A DNA stretch of 64,000 bases from Candidatus Saccharimonadota bacterium (GCA_017406905.1 JAFQXN010000002.1:3501-67500); one strand, 5' to 3'; shown: positions 1-9,345, counted from the stretch's first letter. Translations and numbers: made by a program. Notes: generated by a model from the letters alone, not told the origin.

Positions 1-820
1 CCTTACCTGTAGCATAGGCCTGTTTCATAGGGGCGCCGCCATAAACCTCTGCGCCAGTCGGAAAATCTGGGCCCTTGACATGCTTCATGAGGCCTTCTAG
101 ACTGATTTCCGGATCGTCAATTTGAGCAATGGTTGCATCTATTAACTCGCCGAGATTATGAGGAGGGATATTGGTAGCCATGCCAACGGCGATACCCATC
201 TGGCCATTGAGAAGGATATTCGGAACGGCGGCCGGGAGCACGGAAGGCTCTTTCTCTGAACCATCGAAATTATCACGAAAGTCTACGGTTTCTTTCTCTA
301 TGTCGGCTAGAAGTTCGGCGCCAACTTTGTCAAGACGGGCCTCTGTATAACGAGAAGCAGCAGCCTCATCGCCATCCATTGAACCGAAATTACCTTGGCC
401 TTCTACCAACGTGTAGCGCATTTTCCAGGGTTGAGCGAGATTCACCATAGCGTCATAGATAGATGAGTCACCGTGTGGGTGGTATTTACCCATTACTTCA
501 CCAACGATGCGGGCAGATTTAACAGTGGCATGCGGGGCTTTCCAGCCGTTTTTGTTCATAGCATAGAGAATGCGACGATTAACGGGCTTGAGGCCGTCAC
601 GAACGTCTGGGAGAGCACGATCAACAATAACGGAGAGCGAATAACGAAGGAAATAATCTTCCATGGTATTTTCGACGGTACGAAGCTCGATGCCAGATTC
701 AACCGTAGAAATCTCAGAGCTATTCCCTTCGGATGCGCTTGGGATCTGATTAAGCTCATGATCATCAGGAGATAATTCCATCGGTTTTTTATCTAAATTT
801 TTATTCTTATCTTCTGCCAT
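1..820 (-). CDS. gyrA: DNA gyrase subunit A (N-terminal part; runs off the window edge)
   Basis: ATG at 820 after SD AGGAGG. The minus-strand frame encodes GyrA-type motifs (GKYHPHGD, catalytic [33 protein letters not shown]). Directly downstream of gyrB. Confidence 0.93.
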   Translation of the reverse strand, partial: MAEDKNKNLDKKPMELSPDDHELNQIPSASEGNSSEISTVESGIELRTVENTMEDYFLRYSLSVIVDRALPDVRDGLKPVNRRILYAMNKNGWKAPHATVKSARIVGEVMGKYHPHGDSSIYDAMVNLAQPWKMRYTLVEGQGNFGSMDGDEAAASRYTEARLDKVGAELLADIEKETVDFRDNFDGSEKEPSVLPAAVPNILLNGQMGIAVGMATNIPPHNLGELIDATIAQIDDPEISLEGLMKHVKGPDFPTGAEVYGGAPMKQAYATGK

Positions 821-829
821 GATTCCTCC

Positions 830-2815
830 TTAAAAGTCCAAATCGTCAAGATCGACAGAAGCCGCTCTTGCCTGAATAAAGTTTTTACGCAACTCGGCTT
901 GGTCGCCCATCAATTTTGAGAAAATTGAGTCGGCTTTTTCAGCATCGTCGATGTTTACTCTAATTAAAATACGATTTTCTGGGTTCATAGTAGTTTCCCA
1001 AAGCTGAGCGGCATCCATTTCGCCGAGACCTTTAAAGCGTTGTTGGGCGGTATAGCCTGCCTGTTTGAACCTCTCCGCGTCTTCGTCAATTTTAGTGCCG
1101 GCAGCTTTTCTCTCGGCGATCTTGGCGGTGAGGGTTTTTTCTAGAGCGGCTTCGTCGTAAATGTAGTCAATTTTGCGGCTATTCCCTGTACCCTTGATGA
1201 GGCCGAATAGAGGTGGTTTGGCTAGATAAACATGGCCGGATTTGATGACGTCTGGCATATAGCGGAAAAAGAAAGTCAAGAGAAGGGTGGAAATGTGGGA
1301 GCCGTCGACATCGGCATCAGTCATGAAGACGATTTTATGGTAACGGAGGCCGTCGAGATTAAATTGGTCGCCAATACCAACACCGAGCCCCTTAATGAGC
1401 GAGACTAATTCGGCATTTGCAAGCATCTTATCTAGACGAGCGCGTTCGGTGTTAAGGACTTTACCCCTTAGTGGCAAGATAGCTTGAATGCGGGAATCAC
1501 GACCTTCTTTAGCGGAGCCAGCGGCCGAGTTACCCTCTACGATGAATAATTCACATTCTTCGGCGTTGCGACTAGAGCAGTCGGCAAGTTTACTGGGAAG
1601 GTTAAGCCCCTCAAAAGCTCCTTTACGAATGACGTTATCTCTGGCGGCGCGAGCAGCTTTACGGGCACGGGCGGCAAGAGTGGCTTTACCAACAATCTTT
1701 TTGGCGATTGCGGGGTTTTCCTCTAGATAGTAGCCAAAATACTCGGTCATGACTTTGTCTACATAGCCTCTGACCTCAGGATTGCCAAGTTTGTTTTTAG
1801 TTTGGCCCTCAAATTGAGGATCAGGAAGTTTGACCAAGATAACGGCGGTAAGCCCTTCCTTAATATCATCGCCGGTGAGATTGTCTTCTTTTTCCTTAAG
1901 CAATCCGTTTTTACGGGCGTAATCGTTAATAGTGCGGTTGAGGCCCGTCCTGAAGCCGACTACGTGCATACCGCCATCTGGGGTGAGAACGTTATTGGCG
2001 AAGGGTTTCATTGTTTCGGCAAAGGTGTCATTGTACTGGAGGGCGATTTCTACAGCCGTGTCAGCCATTTGCTTCTCTACATAGAAAATGTCATCAGATA
2101 AGACTTCTTTGCCGTTGTTGAGGCGCTTGACGTAGCTCTTGATTCCGCCCTCAAAATAAAATGATTCCCTGGCGCCGGTACGCTCATCCTTGACTGTGAT
2201 GAGAATCTCCTTGGTGAGATAAGCTTGGTGACGTGCGTAATTTGCCACCCAATCGTAGTCAAAAGTTGTGGTCTCCTTAAAGATAGAGGGATCTGGATAG
2301 AATGTGATGGAAGTGCCGTGCTCTTTAGGTGAACCATTTGTGACCTGCAACTCCATAATGGGCTTACCTAAATCAAACTCTATGTGGTGAGTCTTGCCAT
2401 CTCTGTAAACTTCTGCAGTCATGTGGGTAGAGAGGGCATTTACCACGGACGAGCCGACGCCGTGAAGACCAGAGGACACTTTGTAGCCGCCATCGCCAAA
2501 TTTGCCGCCGGCGTGGAGGACAGTAAGGACGGTCTCAAGGGTGGATTTTTTGGTTTTAGGATGGATATCTACTGGGATACCGCGCCCGTTGTCGTCTACC
2601 CTAACGCCGCCGTCCTTAAGAATAGTAATTTCAATTTTGTTGGCGTAGCCAGCTATGGCCTCATCAATAGAGTTGTCGGCAATCTCCTTGATAAGATGAT
2701 GGAGACCGTCGTAACCTGTGGAGCCAATATACATACCTGGGCGTAAGCGAACTGGCTCTAGCCCTTCAAGTACACGAATTTCAGACGAATCATAATCTTC
2801 AGCTTTTCCAGCCAT
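830..2815 (-). CDS. gyrB: DNA gyrase subunit B
   Basis: GLEPVRLRPGMYIG, GGKFGDGGYKVSSGLHGVG, EGNSAAGSA, TDADVDGSHI, QRFKGLGEM. Likely start MAGKAE at 2815 with AGAGG SD (ORF track starts at 2875). Confidence 0.97.
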   Translation of the reverse strand: MAGKAEDYDSSEIRVLEGLEPVRLRPGMYIGSTGYDGLHHLIKEIADNSIDEAIAGYANKIEITILKDGGVRVDDNGRGIPVDIHPKTKKSTLETVLTVLHAGGKFGDGGYKVSSGLHGVGSSVVNALSTHMTAEVYRDGKTHHIEFDLGKPIMELQVTNGSPKEHGTSITFYPDPSIFKETTTFDYDWVANYARHQAYLTKEILITVKDERTGARESFYFEGGIKSYVKRLNNGKEVLSDDIFYVEKQMADTAVEIALQYNDTFAETMKPFANNVLTPDGGMHVVGFRTGLNRTINDYARKNGLLKEKEDNLTGDDIKEGLTAVILVKLPDPQFEGQTKNKLGNPEVRGYVDKVMTEYFGYYLEENPAIAKKIVGKATLAARARKAARAARDNVIRKGAFEGLNLPSKLADCSSRNAEECELFIVEGNSAAGSAKEGRDSRIQAILPLRGKVLNTERARLDKMLANAELVSLIKGLGVGIGDQFNLDGLRYHKIVFMTDADVDGSHISTLLLTFFFRYMPDVIKSGHVYLAKPPLFGLIKGTGNSRKIDYIYDEAALEKTLTAKIAERKAAGTKIDEDAERFKQAGYTAQQRFKGLGEMDAAQLWETTMNPENRILIRVNIDDAEKADSIFSKLMGDQAELRKNFIQARAASVDLDDLDF

Positions 2816-2889
2816 TATTCTAATACCTCTTCTTAGATGTATATCTATTATACACCTTGAGGCAAAAATAATCAAGCTCTAGGTAAAAT

Positions 2890-5523
2890 TTATTGATTTT
2901 GAGATAGCCAGCCGTCCAAAAAGCCCTTCTGAGGCGTCTGGAGCGCGTCTGAGGCCTGTTGCGGGTCGGAAGCGGTAGTTTGCGCGATGTCAATGGGAGA
3001 CGCGTCTAGAGCGCTTCCAGTGGGCTCTGAGAGCGATTTTTCGGGAGCGGTATTTTCTTGTGCGAGCTTGACTTTTTCGGCAGCCGACCAACGGTCATTA
3101 ATTTCCCTTTCTACCTCAGTCCTAGTTTTGCCGTATTTGGTGGCCGAATAGACCTTGAGTGTCTTCATTAGCTCATCATTTGGTTCACCCATGAGAGATA
3201 TATCTGGCAAATTCATTGTGAAAGGCGTGGATGGCATACCAAACATCATTACCTTAGCAATAGCCGCACGATTTGGTGTCTTGGTAAGATCTTCGGCGGT
3301 GAAGGTAGGCGTAAAGGCTTTTACCATCAAATCAGCATCAGTTACGCCAATGCGGCCACAGATAATAGTGCCGACGTTACCAAGGAGGGCTTCCCGGATT
3401 TTCTCGGTGAGTTGAGTCATGAACTGATTCGCAACAATGAGATTGAGGCGATATTTGCGGGCTTCGGAGAGAATAGATTCGAAACTGTCGGTGGCAAAAT
3501 TCTGGAACTCGTCAACATAGAGACAGAAATCTTGGCGCTCACTTTCTGGAATATCCTGGCGGCTCATAGCGGCTTGCTGGAATTTCATTACAAAAATCAT
3601 ACCGAGGAGATTAGCGTTAATATCACCGAGGCGCCCCTTTGAGAGATTAACTAGGAAGATTTTTTTGGTATCCATAATCTCGCGGATATTAAAACCGGAT
3701 TTTACCTGGCCAAGAGTATTTCGCATGATGGTATTAGAGAGGAACGGCCCCCATTTTGAGGCGAACCAGGTGATGACCTCACCGGCGTCGTTGGATTTTT
3801 GAGAGGCCGGAAATTCTTTAGTCCAGTAATCATAGACTGATTTATCTGTGACATATTTGAGTTTGGATTTGACAAATTCTGGATCAGTAAAGCACTGAGG
3901 AATATCAATAAATGTAGCGCCGGCTGGATCTGACATAAGAAGCAAAGCGGCATTGCGGAACATATGTTGGCCACGGGGGCCGAAGAAGCCTTGATTCTGG
4001 GGATCGAAAAGGCTTTGAAGCATAGAAATTCCCTCTTGTACGATGAAATCCTTTTGGTCCGGACTGGTAAATTCGAACATATTCATACCGACAGGATGCT
4101 CAATGTCGGCTGGATCAAAATAAATGACGTCATCGATTCTCTCTTCTGGCACACGTTTAAGAATCGCTTCTACGGCGTCGCCGTGAGGATCGATGAAGGC
4201 AAAGCCGCGACCATCGCACATATCTTGAAAGGCGAGATTCTCAAGGAAGACAGATTTACCCATACCAGTCTGGCCGATGACGTATATGTGACGACGACGA
4301 TCGTCGTTATCGAGATAAATGGCTTTTTTAGAGCCGCGGAACTCGTTAGTGCCAAGGAAGAGGCCTTCGGTGGCAAGACGGGCTGGCCCGTCTACTTGCT
4401 TGGTCAACTGGCGTTCTACCTGGGAGTTTGGTATAGCGTTCTGCTCTGGTAGATGATAAATACTAGCTAATTCTACGCTATTTAGGATGTTGGAATGATT
4501 TTTGATTGGGAAAGTACGGAAGGTGAAATCTAGAGCGAACTTTTTCTGGTCTTTAAGGGCGTTGATTTTGAAACCATTAAACTCAGGTGAATCGAACTGA
4601 GAAAAAGCCGATGCCACACCTCCTAGAATCGCGTCTGAGCGGGGTTTAGACTTAGAGCTGGCAATGATGCGAATTAAGGTTTCGAAGGCCGGAAAACGCA
4701 TTTTGTTGGTGATGGCGGTGATTTCATCCTGTTTGACGCTGGTGATAGTAGTCGTCTGCTCGGTTTTTTCGTGTTCGCCGGGAACTTCCCAGGGGGCGCG
4801 GATAACGTCCATCGCGAAATCACCGATGCTTGCTCCGATAGTTTTTTGTTTTTTCCCTTTCTGCATACTCTCGACGTGTGTTTTAACGCTTTCTGACCAA
4901 CTTTTTTGTGCAGGACGGAATAAAATTTGTACAGCGGCACCTTCGTCTTTGCGCAGGCTAGAAAGTGCGTTTAAAATTGCCATCTGAGCATCACGCTGAG
5001 AGTCTTCGTAGGTAGTAATCGGATAATACGATTCTCTTTTAAGGCTAAGCTCGGCTCCAGATACCGCGCCGATTCCATCACCACCTCTAAAGATGTTGTC
5101 TTCGAGCTTCTCCTCGAGACGGGCGGTGGGATAGGCGGATTGGACGGCCTGCTTAACCGTCTCTGTCAATACTGCGGGCACTACGGCATAGTATTTGATA
5201 AAGCCATCTTTAGCGATGATTTCTAGGGAGAAGTGCCTCTGACCGTAGAGTTTGGTTTTTAGCCCTTTTGTGGCGGTGGAGGCAAGGATAGAGTACATTA
5301 CCTGGGCTTTAGAGATGGCCTCATTGGCGATGTCGCGCTTGTCACGGCCGTTGGCCTCAATGTCATCAGTGGTGGGTGGAAGACGAATCAATAGTGGTAC
5401 CATTTTAAGACTACGTTCGTAGCGTTTAACCTTGCGAAGATTAGAGATTTTAACGGCAAGAATAATGGCAATGAAGACCGACACCGCCACTACAGCAATT
5501 AGGATAACTACCCAGAGCGCCAT
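2890..5523 (-). CDS. VirD4/TraD-like (HerA/FtsK clade) ATPase with N-terminal TM anchor
   Basis: Walker A GQTGMGKS, Walker B LYVDEFQNF, SEARKYRLNLIVANQ, IDPHGD motif, N-terminal hydrophobic helix. Confidence 0.8.
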   Translation of the reverse strand: MALWVVILIAVVAVSVFIAIILAVKISNLRKVKRYERSLKMVPLLIRLPPTTDDIEANGRDKRDIANEAISKAQVMYSILASTATKGLKTKLYGQRHFSLEIIAKDGFIKYYAVVPAVLTETVKQAVQSAYPTARLEEKLEDNIFRGGDGIGAVSGAELSLKRESYYPITTYEDSQRDAQMAILNALSSLRKDEGAAVQILFRPAQKSWSESVKTHVESMQKGKKQKTIGASIGDFAMDVIRAPWEVPGEHEKTEQTTTITSVKQDEITAITNKMRFPAFETLIRIIASSKSKPRSDAILGGVASAFSQFDSPEFNGFKINALKDQKKFALDFTFRTFPIKNHSNILNSVELASIYHLPEQNAIPNSQVERQLTKQVDGPARLATEGLFLGTNEFRGSKKAIYLDNDDRRRHIYVIGQTGMGKSVFLENLAFQDMCDGRGFAFIDPHGDAVEAILKRVPEERIDDVIYFDPADIEHPVGMNMFEFTSPDQKDFIVQEGISMLQSLFDPQNQGFFGPRGQHMFRNAALLLMSDPAGATFIDIPQCFTDPEFVKSKLKYVTDKSVYDYWTKEFPASQKSNDAGEVITWFASKWGPFLSNTIMRNTLGQVKSGFNIREIMDTKKIFLVNLSKGRLGDINANLLGMIFVMKFQQAAMSRQDIPESERQDFCLYVDEFQNFATDSFESILSEARKYRLNLIVANQFMTQLTEKIREALLGNVGTIICGRIGVTDADLMVKAFTPTFTAEDLTKTPNRAAIAKVMMFGMPSTPFTMNLPDISLMGEPNDELMKTLKVYSATKYGKTRTEVEREINDRWSAAEKVKLAQENTAPEKSLSEPTGSALDASPIDIAQTTASDPQQASDALQTPQKGFLDGWLSQNQ

Positions 5524-5572
5524 TACTTATCCCCCTCCGTCAAGAAAGTGTTGTATTTTTTACTAAAACAGA

Positions 5573-6100
5573 TTAGGCTGCCCATGGTTCGTCTTCTCCT
5601 ATCGCGCGGTTGTATGAGCTTTTGAGGTTTCTTTCTACTAATTTCCAATATTCGTCGGTGGCACGAGCGATGTCACCACTTTTGGTGAATTGATGGATGA
5701 TTCCATCCATCTGGCGAACACCAGCTTTATTGAGTGTTTCTCCGGTCTTAATGGACTCTTCGGGGTGAAAAGTGGCCTCGGTAGAAGCACTGCTCGACGC
5801 AACGTCTAGCCCTGGCTGCTCAAGCTCAGTGACTACGCCCATGGGCGGCATGGTCGGAGTGATTTCTGCGGACATAATTGGGCTGTTGTGGCTACTTTCG
5901 GTACTATTTAGCGTGTTACTGCCAATGCTACGGAGGTCATGTTCGGCCGTGGAGCCCCAAGAAACTTGATTATTGGTAGTGTCTAGATTATTTTCTGGTT
6001 CAAAATTATTAACTTCTTCTGAGGCGGTGCCAGCGCCGGCGGTAAAGAAGGGTTCTTCTTGAGTAGGGGCAGCGGACTGCATAGTATGACCATAATCCAT
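5573..6100 (-). CDS. hypothetical acidic protein
   Basis: 175-aa ORF preceded by TGG-TAAAAT-6 nt-ATG. Confidence 0.7.
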   Translation of the reverse strand: MDYGHTMQSAAPTQEEPFFTAGAGTASEEVNNFEPENNLDTTNNQVSWGSTAEHDLRSIGSNTLNSTESSHNSPIMSAEITPTMPPMGVVTELEQPGLDVASSSASTEATFHPEESIKTGETLNKAGVRQMDGIIHQFTKSGDIARATDEYWKLVERNLKSSYNRAIGEDEPWAA

Positions 6101-6118
6101 AAGCTTATTTTACCACAT

Positions 6119-6472
6119 TTAGATTCTTTTGTAGACTAAAAACTCAGCCAAAAACAGAAAGATAAAAATAAGGCTGATAGTCCATAGATCTACGGCCCCG
6201 AACGAACGCGCCATGAGCAACATAATGGGACAGAAAGCCATAACTGCGGAATAGAGGTAATCTTTACCGCGAAAAGTGTTCCTTCTGAGCGCAAGCTTAA
6301 TGAAACTGCGCATGATGAGTGTCATAATGCCAAAAGACACGATATAAATTGTTGTAAAAAATAATAAAACCCCGAACGGCCCAATTTCCGTCGGAGATGT
6401 AAAAATAAGCATAATGATTAAAGCTGCGAGTCCAATAATGCTTACTGTTGAGAGAATACGGTTATGCTTCAT
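6119..6472 (-). CDS. small 4-TM membrane protein
   Basis: 117-aa hydrophobic ORF preceded by TGC-TATAAT-6 nt-ATG. Confidence 0.75.
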   Translation of the reverse strand: MKHNRILSTVSIIGLAALIIMLIFTSPTEIGPFGVLLFFTTIYIVSFGIMTLIMRSFIKLALRRNTFRGKDYLYSAVMAFCPIMLLMARSFGAVDLWTISLIFIFLFLAEFLVYKRI

Positions 6473-6514
6473 AACCCTATTATAGCATATCTGGTTAAAT
6501 CCCCCAAGAATTTA

Positions 6515-6878
6515 TTGAAGGGTGAGCGGGGGGTTATCCGGTGCTAAAATCACAACTATTGACCGCAACCCCTGTCGCTTTTCCCTTTTTGACCGCTTCA
6601 CGCTAGGTGAAGCATTGTCCTTGTTAGCTATTTTCTTTCATTCTTGTTTATGTTTCTTTAATGTGCTAATGAAAGATTTGATCTAACGCGCTCTACGCTT
6701 TTGGTTTCTGTCGCTAAGGTCAAACCCTTTAGCGGAGCTCTAGGTAATTCCTAAGGTGTAATTTATGGCTAGAAATTACCTTTTCGCCCGCTAAAGTTTA
6801 CGGTTTATTCCTAGCTTTTGGCTTTTTCCTTTTCATTTTGTCCTTTGTTTTTAGTTTTTGTTTTAGTCATCTCGACTG
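6515..6878 (-). ncRNA. unannotated structured RNA or long leader (~365 nt), with a possible 12-aa uORF
   Basis: Sigma70 promoter just upstream. Four hairpins at 6714-6814, 6623-6687, 6595-6613 and 6518-6588. No long ORF. Confidence 0.55.
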
Positions 6879-6883
6879 TTTTA

Positions 6884-6912
6884 ATACTAGCATACATTGC
6901 GAAAAAAATCAA
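6884..6912 (-). promoter_or_regulatory. sigma70 promoter TTGATT-17-TAGTAT with extended -10 TG
   Basis: Minus strand reads ttgatt tttttcgcaatgtatgc tagtat. Confidence 0.6.
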
Positions 6913-6934
6913 TAGATTTGTTCGGCTTTTTAAA

Positions 6935-7011
6935 GTATTTTTTACAACGTTTTGCCAGTTTTTCCCTGTTTATGCCGGTTGTTTGAATTGTTGTATTTTT
7001 TACAACGTTTT
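6935..7011. repeat. 19-bp perfect direct repeat GTATTTTTTACAACGTTTT (6935-6953 and 6993-7011)
   Basis: Read directly from the sequence; 58-bp period. Confidence 0.9.
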
Positions 7012-7081
7012 TATGTTGTTTTGCGTAAATGATGGTAATGGGACATAAAAAATAGGCCTTTGGGGCTCGGATCGACATAAA

Positions 7082-7438
7082 TGGTGGAGCTGCCGGATAC
7101 TGCCTCCGGGTCCGAACTATCACTTGGATATGAATCTACGCGCATAGTTTTCTGTTTTATCTTGGCGGATATTATCAGCTGCAGAAAACGAAACTGATAA
7201 ATGCCATGGCTAGTTTTCGAGCTATTTCTCGCCAATTAAATAGCCTTATTCCCGTTGTATGATAATTTCAATCCTACGGAACCTCAGATTGAAACCAGCC
7301 TAGAAATAATAATTAGGCATAAGCTGGCATGTATGCTACATGCGCAGTTTGCGTGTTTTTAGCACTTATTTAATACTTACGGTATTTAATCGACGCGCAT
7401 CATATCTGTAAATAATCCGTCTAAGCTTTGTCAGCCCC
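7082..7438 (-). ncRNA. ssrA: tmRNA (tag AKNTQTAHVAYMPAYA*, 7363-7313)
   Basis: 5' end GGGGCTGA..AGAC and 3' end ..CCGGCAGCTCCACCA form the alanyl acceptor/T-arm. Resume context ATAAGT-GCT. Tag ends in Ala. Confidence 0.95.
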
Positions 7439-7479
7439 AACTACGGTATAGTATAGCATAAGAGTCAACAGATAGCAAT

Positions 7480-7587
7480 AGAAAAAGACCGGTAACTGCG
7501 AGGAAAACCGGTCTTTTGTAGAGTGTGGAGTTATTTTGGCTAATTTTTTGTTTTGACCTTTTGAATAATTTTTTTATTCAAAAGCTA
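7480..7587 (-). ncRNA. candidate ~105-nt sRNA
   Basis: Perfect TTGACA-17-TATAAT promoter (7621-7593), 5' hairpin CTTTTGAATAA/TTATTCAAAAG, intrinsic terminator, no AUG. Confidence 0.6.
7482..7517 (-). terminator. intrinsic terminator AAAAGACCGGT-13-ACCGGTCTTTT
   Basis: 11-bp perfect inverted repeat with U-tract. Confidence 0.8.
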
Positions 7588-7592
7588 TCTCT

Positions 7593-7621
7593 ATTATAGT
7601 GCGTAAAAATGCTAATGTCAA
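7593..7621 (-). promoter_or_regulatory. consensus sigma70 promoter TTGACA-17-TATAAT
   Basis: Minus strand reads ttgaca ttagcatttttacgcac tataat. Confidence 0.8.
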
Positions 7622-7807
7622 TACATTTTTCATACTTTTTTTATTCAAAATGCTTCGAGTTTTCCACAACTTCACCCTGGCCTACAGATTATGTATTGAG
7701 GTAATTTTATGCAAAAATGCACAAAAACTTTGAACAATTTTGTGTATTAAAGCATAGGCTTACGGTAGGGGGTTGAAATATGTTTACCCCTGTGCTAAAA
7801 GGGGTGC

Positions 7808-9316
7808 ATGATAGCTAAAATACATTCTGCAATTCCCTACGGCTTCGAAGGAAAGCTGGTCGAAGTCGAAGGAGATATGAATCGGGGGTTACCAGCTTTC
7901 AATATCGTGGGCATGGCAAACAAAACCATAAATGAGGCAAAGGAAAGGGTGCGAAGCGCAATAGTAAACTCAGATTTTTCGTTCCCCGATAAAAAAGTGA
8001 CGATCAGTTTAGCTCCAGCCGAACTGATGAAGGATGGGGCATATCTGGATTTACCGATTGCGCTCTCTGTACTACTGCTGTCTGGACAGCTAGTAAAGGG
8101 CGATGTGGCAGATAGGTTGTTCGTGGGTGAATTGTCGCTGAATGGTGAAATTCGGCCCGTGAGAGGCATTATAAACATCGTAGAGGCCGCCAAAAAGGCC
8201 GGATATAAGGAAATATACGTCCCGCGCAAAAATCTCACACAGGCTTCCTTGGTCACCGGAATAGACATATATGGCTTAGATACCTTGCAAAATCTATTCT
8301 TGGGACTAAAGAACCAGATTACGCTAGCTGTGGCAAGTGGAGCGGTGGCGCCAAAAAATGAAGATGAAGAGAGTACGGATGGCCCAGTATTAGATCATAT
8401 CAGGGGTCAGAAATTAGCAAAAAGGGCGATGGAGATTGCAATTGCCGGGCATCATAATATCTTGATTTCTGGGCCGCCCGGGGCGGGCAAAACGCTGCTT
8501 GCGAAGGCGGCAGCCAATCTGTTACCAAAATTAACTTCGGTAGAAAAAGTTGATATTACGAAAATTTATTCGATTGCAGGATTATCTACAGATGAAATAG
8601 TAGAGGTGCGACCGTTTCGGGATCCGCATCATACGGCGAGTTCAATCTCGATGATAGGTGGGGCGACTGGCCCAGGGGAGATTTCGTTGGCGCATAAGGG
8701 TATTTTATTTCTTGATGAGATACCAGAATTTCCGCGGTCGGTGTTAGAGGCCTTAAGACAGCCACTTGAGAATAAGACGATTTCGATTTCACGGGCGAAT
8801 CGCAAAACAACTTACCCAGCAGACTTCATGTTAGTAGCGACGATGAACCCCTGTCCGTGCGGATATTTGGGCGACCCCACGCATGAGTGTAAGTGCACAG
8901 AAACTCAGATTCATAATTACCAGAAAAAGCTTTCTGGACCGCTGTTTGACAGGATAGATATGAATGTTGAAGCCGAAAAGGTAGATAATCGGCACTTGCG
9001 AGCTAAAATTGCAGTAACTGCGGAAGAGCATAGTGTTGTAAAAAATAATATAACAGGGGCAATTTTACGCCAAAAGGCGAGGTACGGGCGGGAAGGGTTT
9101 TACAATAGTTCCCTTTCTTCATTTGAAGTATCTAATTTATTGAAGCTCGAACCAAGGGCCGAGAAGTTACTATCCGATGCTTCGGAGAAATTAAATTTGT
9201 CAGCGAGATCTTACTTTAAGACTATCAAGGTCGCCCAAACAATCGCCGACCTTGATAATTCGGAAATGATTTTGGCAAAACATTTGGCCGAGGCTCTGAT
9301 ATACAGAAGAAGATAG
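7808..9316 (+). CDS. comM: YifB/ComM Mg-chelatase-like AAA+ ATPase
   Basis: GPPGAGKT, RPFRDPHH, GEISLAHKGILFLDE, NPCPCGY, SARSY motifs. Confidence 0.92.
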   Translation: MIAKIHSAIPYGFEGKLVEVEGDMNRGLPAFNIVGMANKTINEAKERVRSAIVNSDFSFPDKKVTISLAPAELMKDGAYLDLPIALSVLLLSGQLVKGDVADRLFVGELSLNGEIRPVRGIINIVEAAKKAGYKEIYVPRKNLTQASLVTGIDIYGLDTLQNLFLGLKNQITLAVASGAVAPKNEDEESTDGPVLDHIRGQKLAKRAMEIAIAGHHNILISGPPGAGKTLLAKAAANLLPKLTSVEKVDITKIYSIAGLSTDEIVEVRPFRDPHHTASSISMIGGATGPGEISLAHKGILFLDEIPEFPRSVLEALRQPLENKTISISRANRKTTYPADFMLVATMNPCPCGYLGDPTHECKCTETQIHNYQKKLSGPLFDRIDMNVEAEKVDNRHLRAKIAVTAEEHSVVKNNITGAILRQKARYGREGFYNSSLSSFEVSNLLKLEPRAEKLLSDASEKLNLSARSYFKTIKVAQTIADLDNSEMILAKHLAEALIYRRR

Positions 9317-9345
9317 AAAACATAAGAAAATATTTGTGCTACCCC

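Noticed and set aside
7062-7076. GGGGCTCGGATCGAC next to the tmRNA 3' end, resembling a tmRNA 5' end in antisense
   Set aside because: The match is short, there is no second acceptor stem, and no att-type duplication of the ssrA 3' end was found.
6887-7235. ORFs 6887-7123 and 7011-7235
   Set aside because: They overlap tmRNA and its downstream spacer and have no coding signature.
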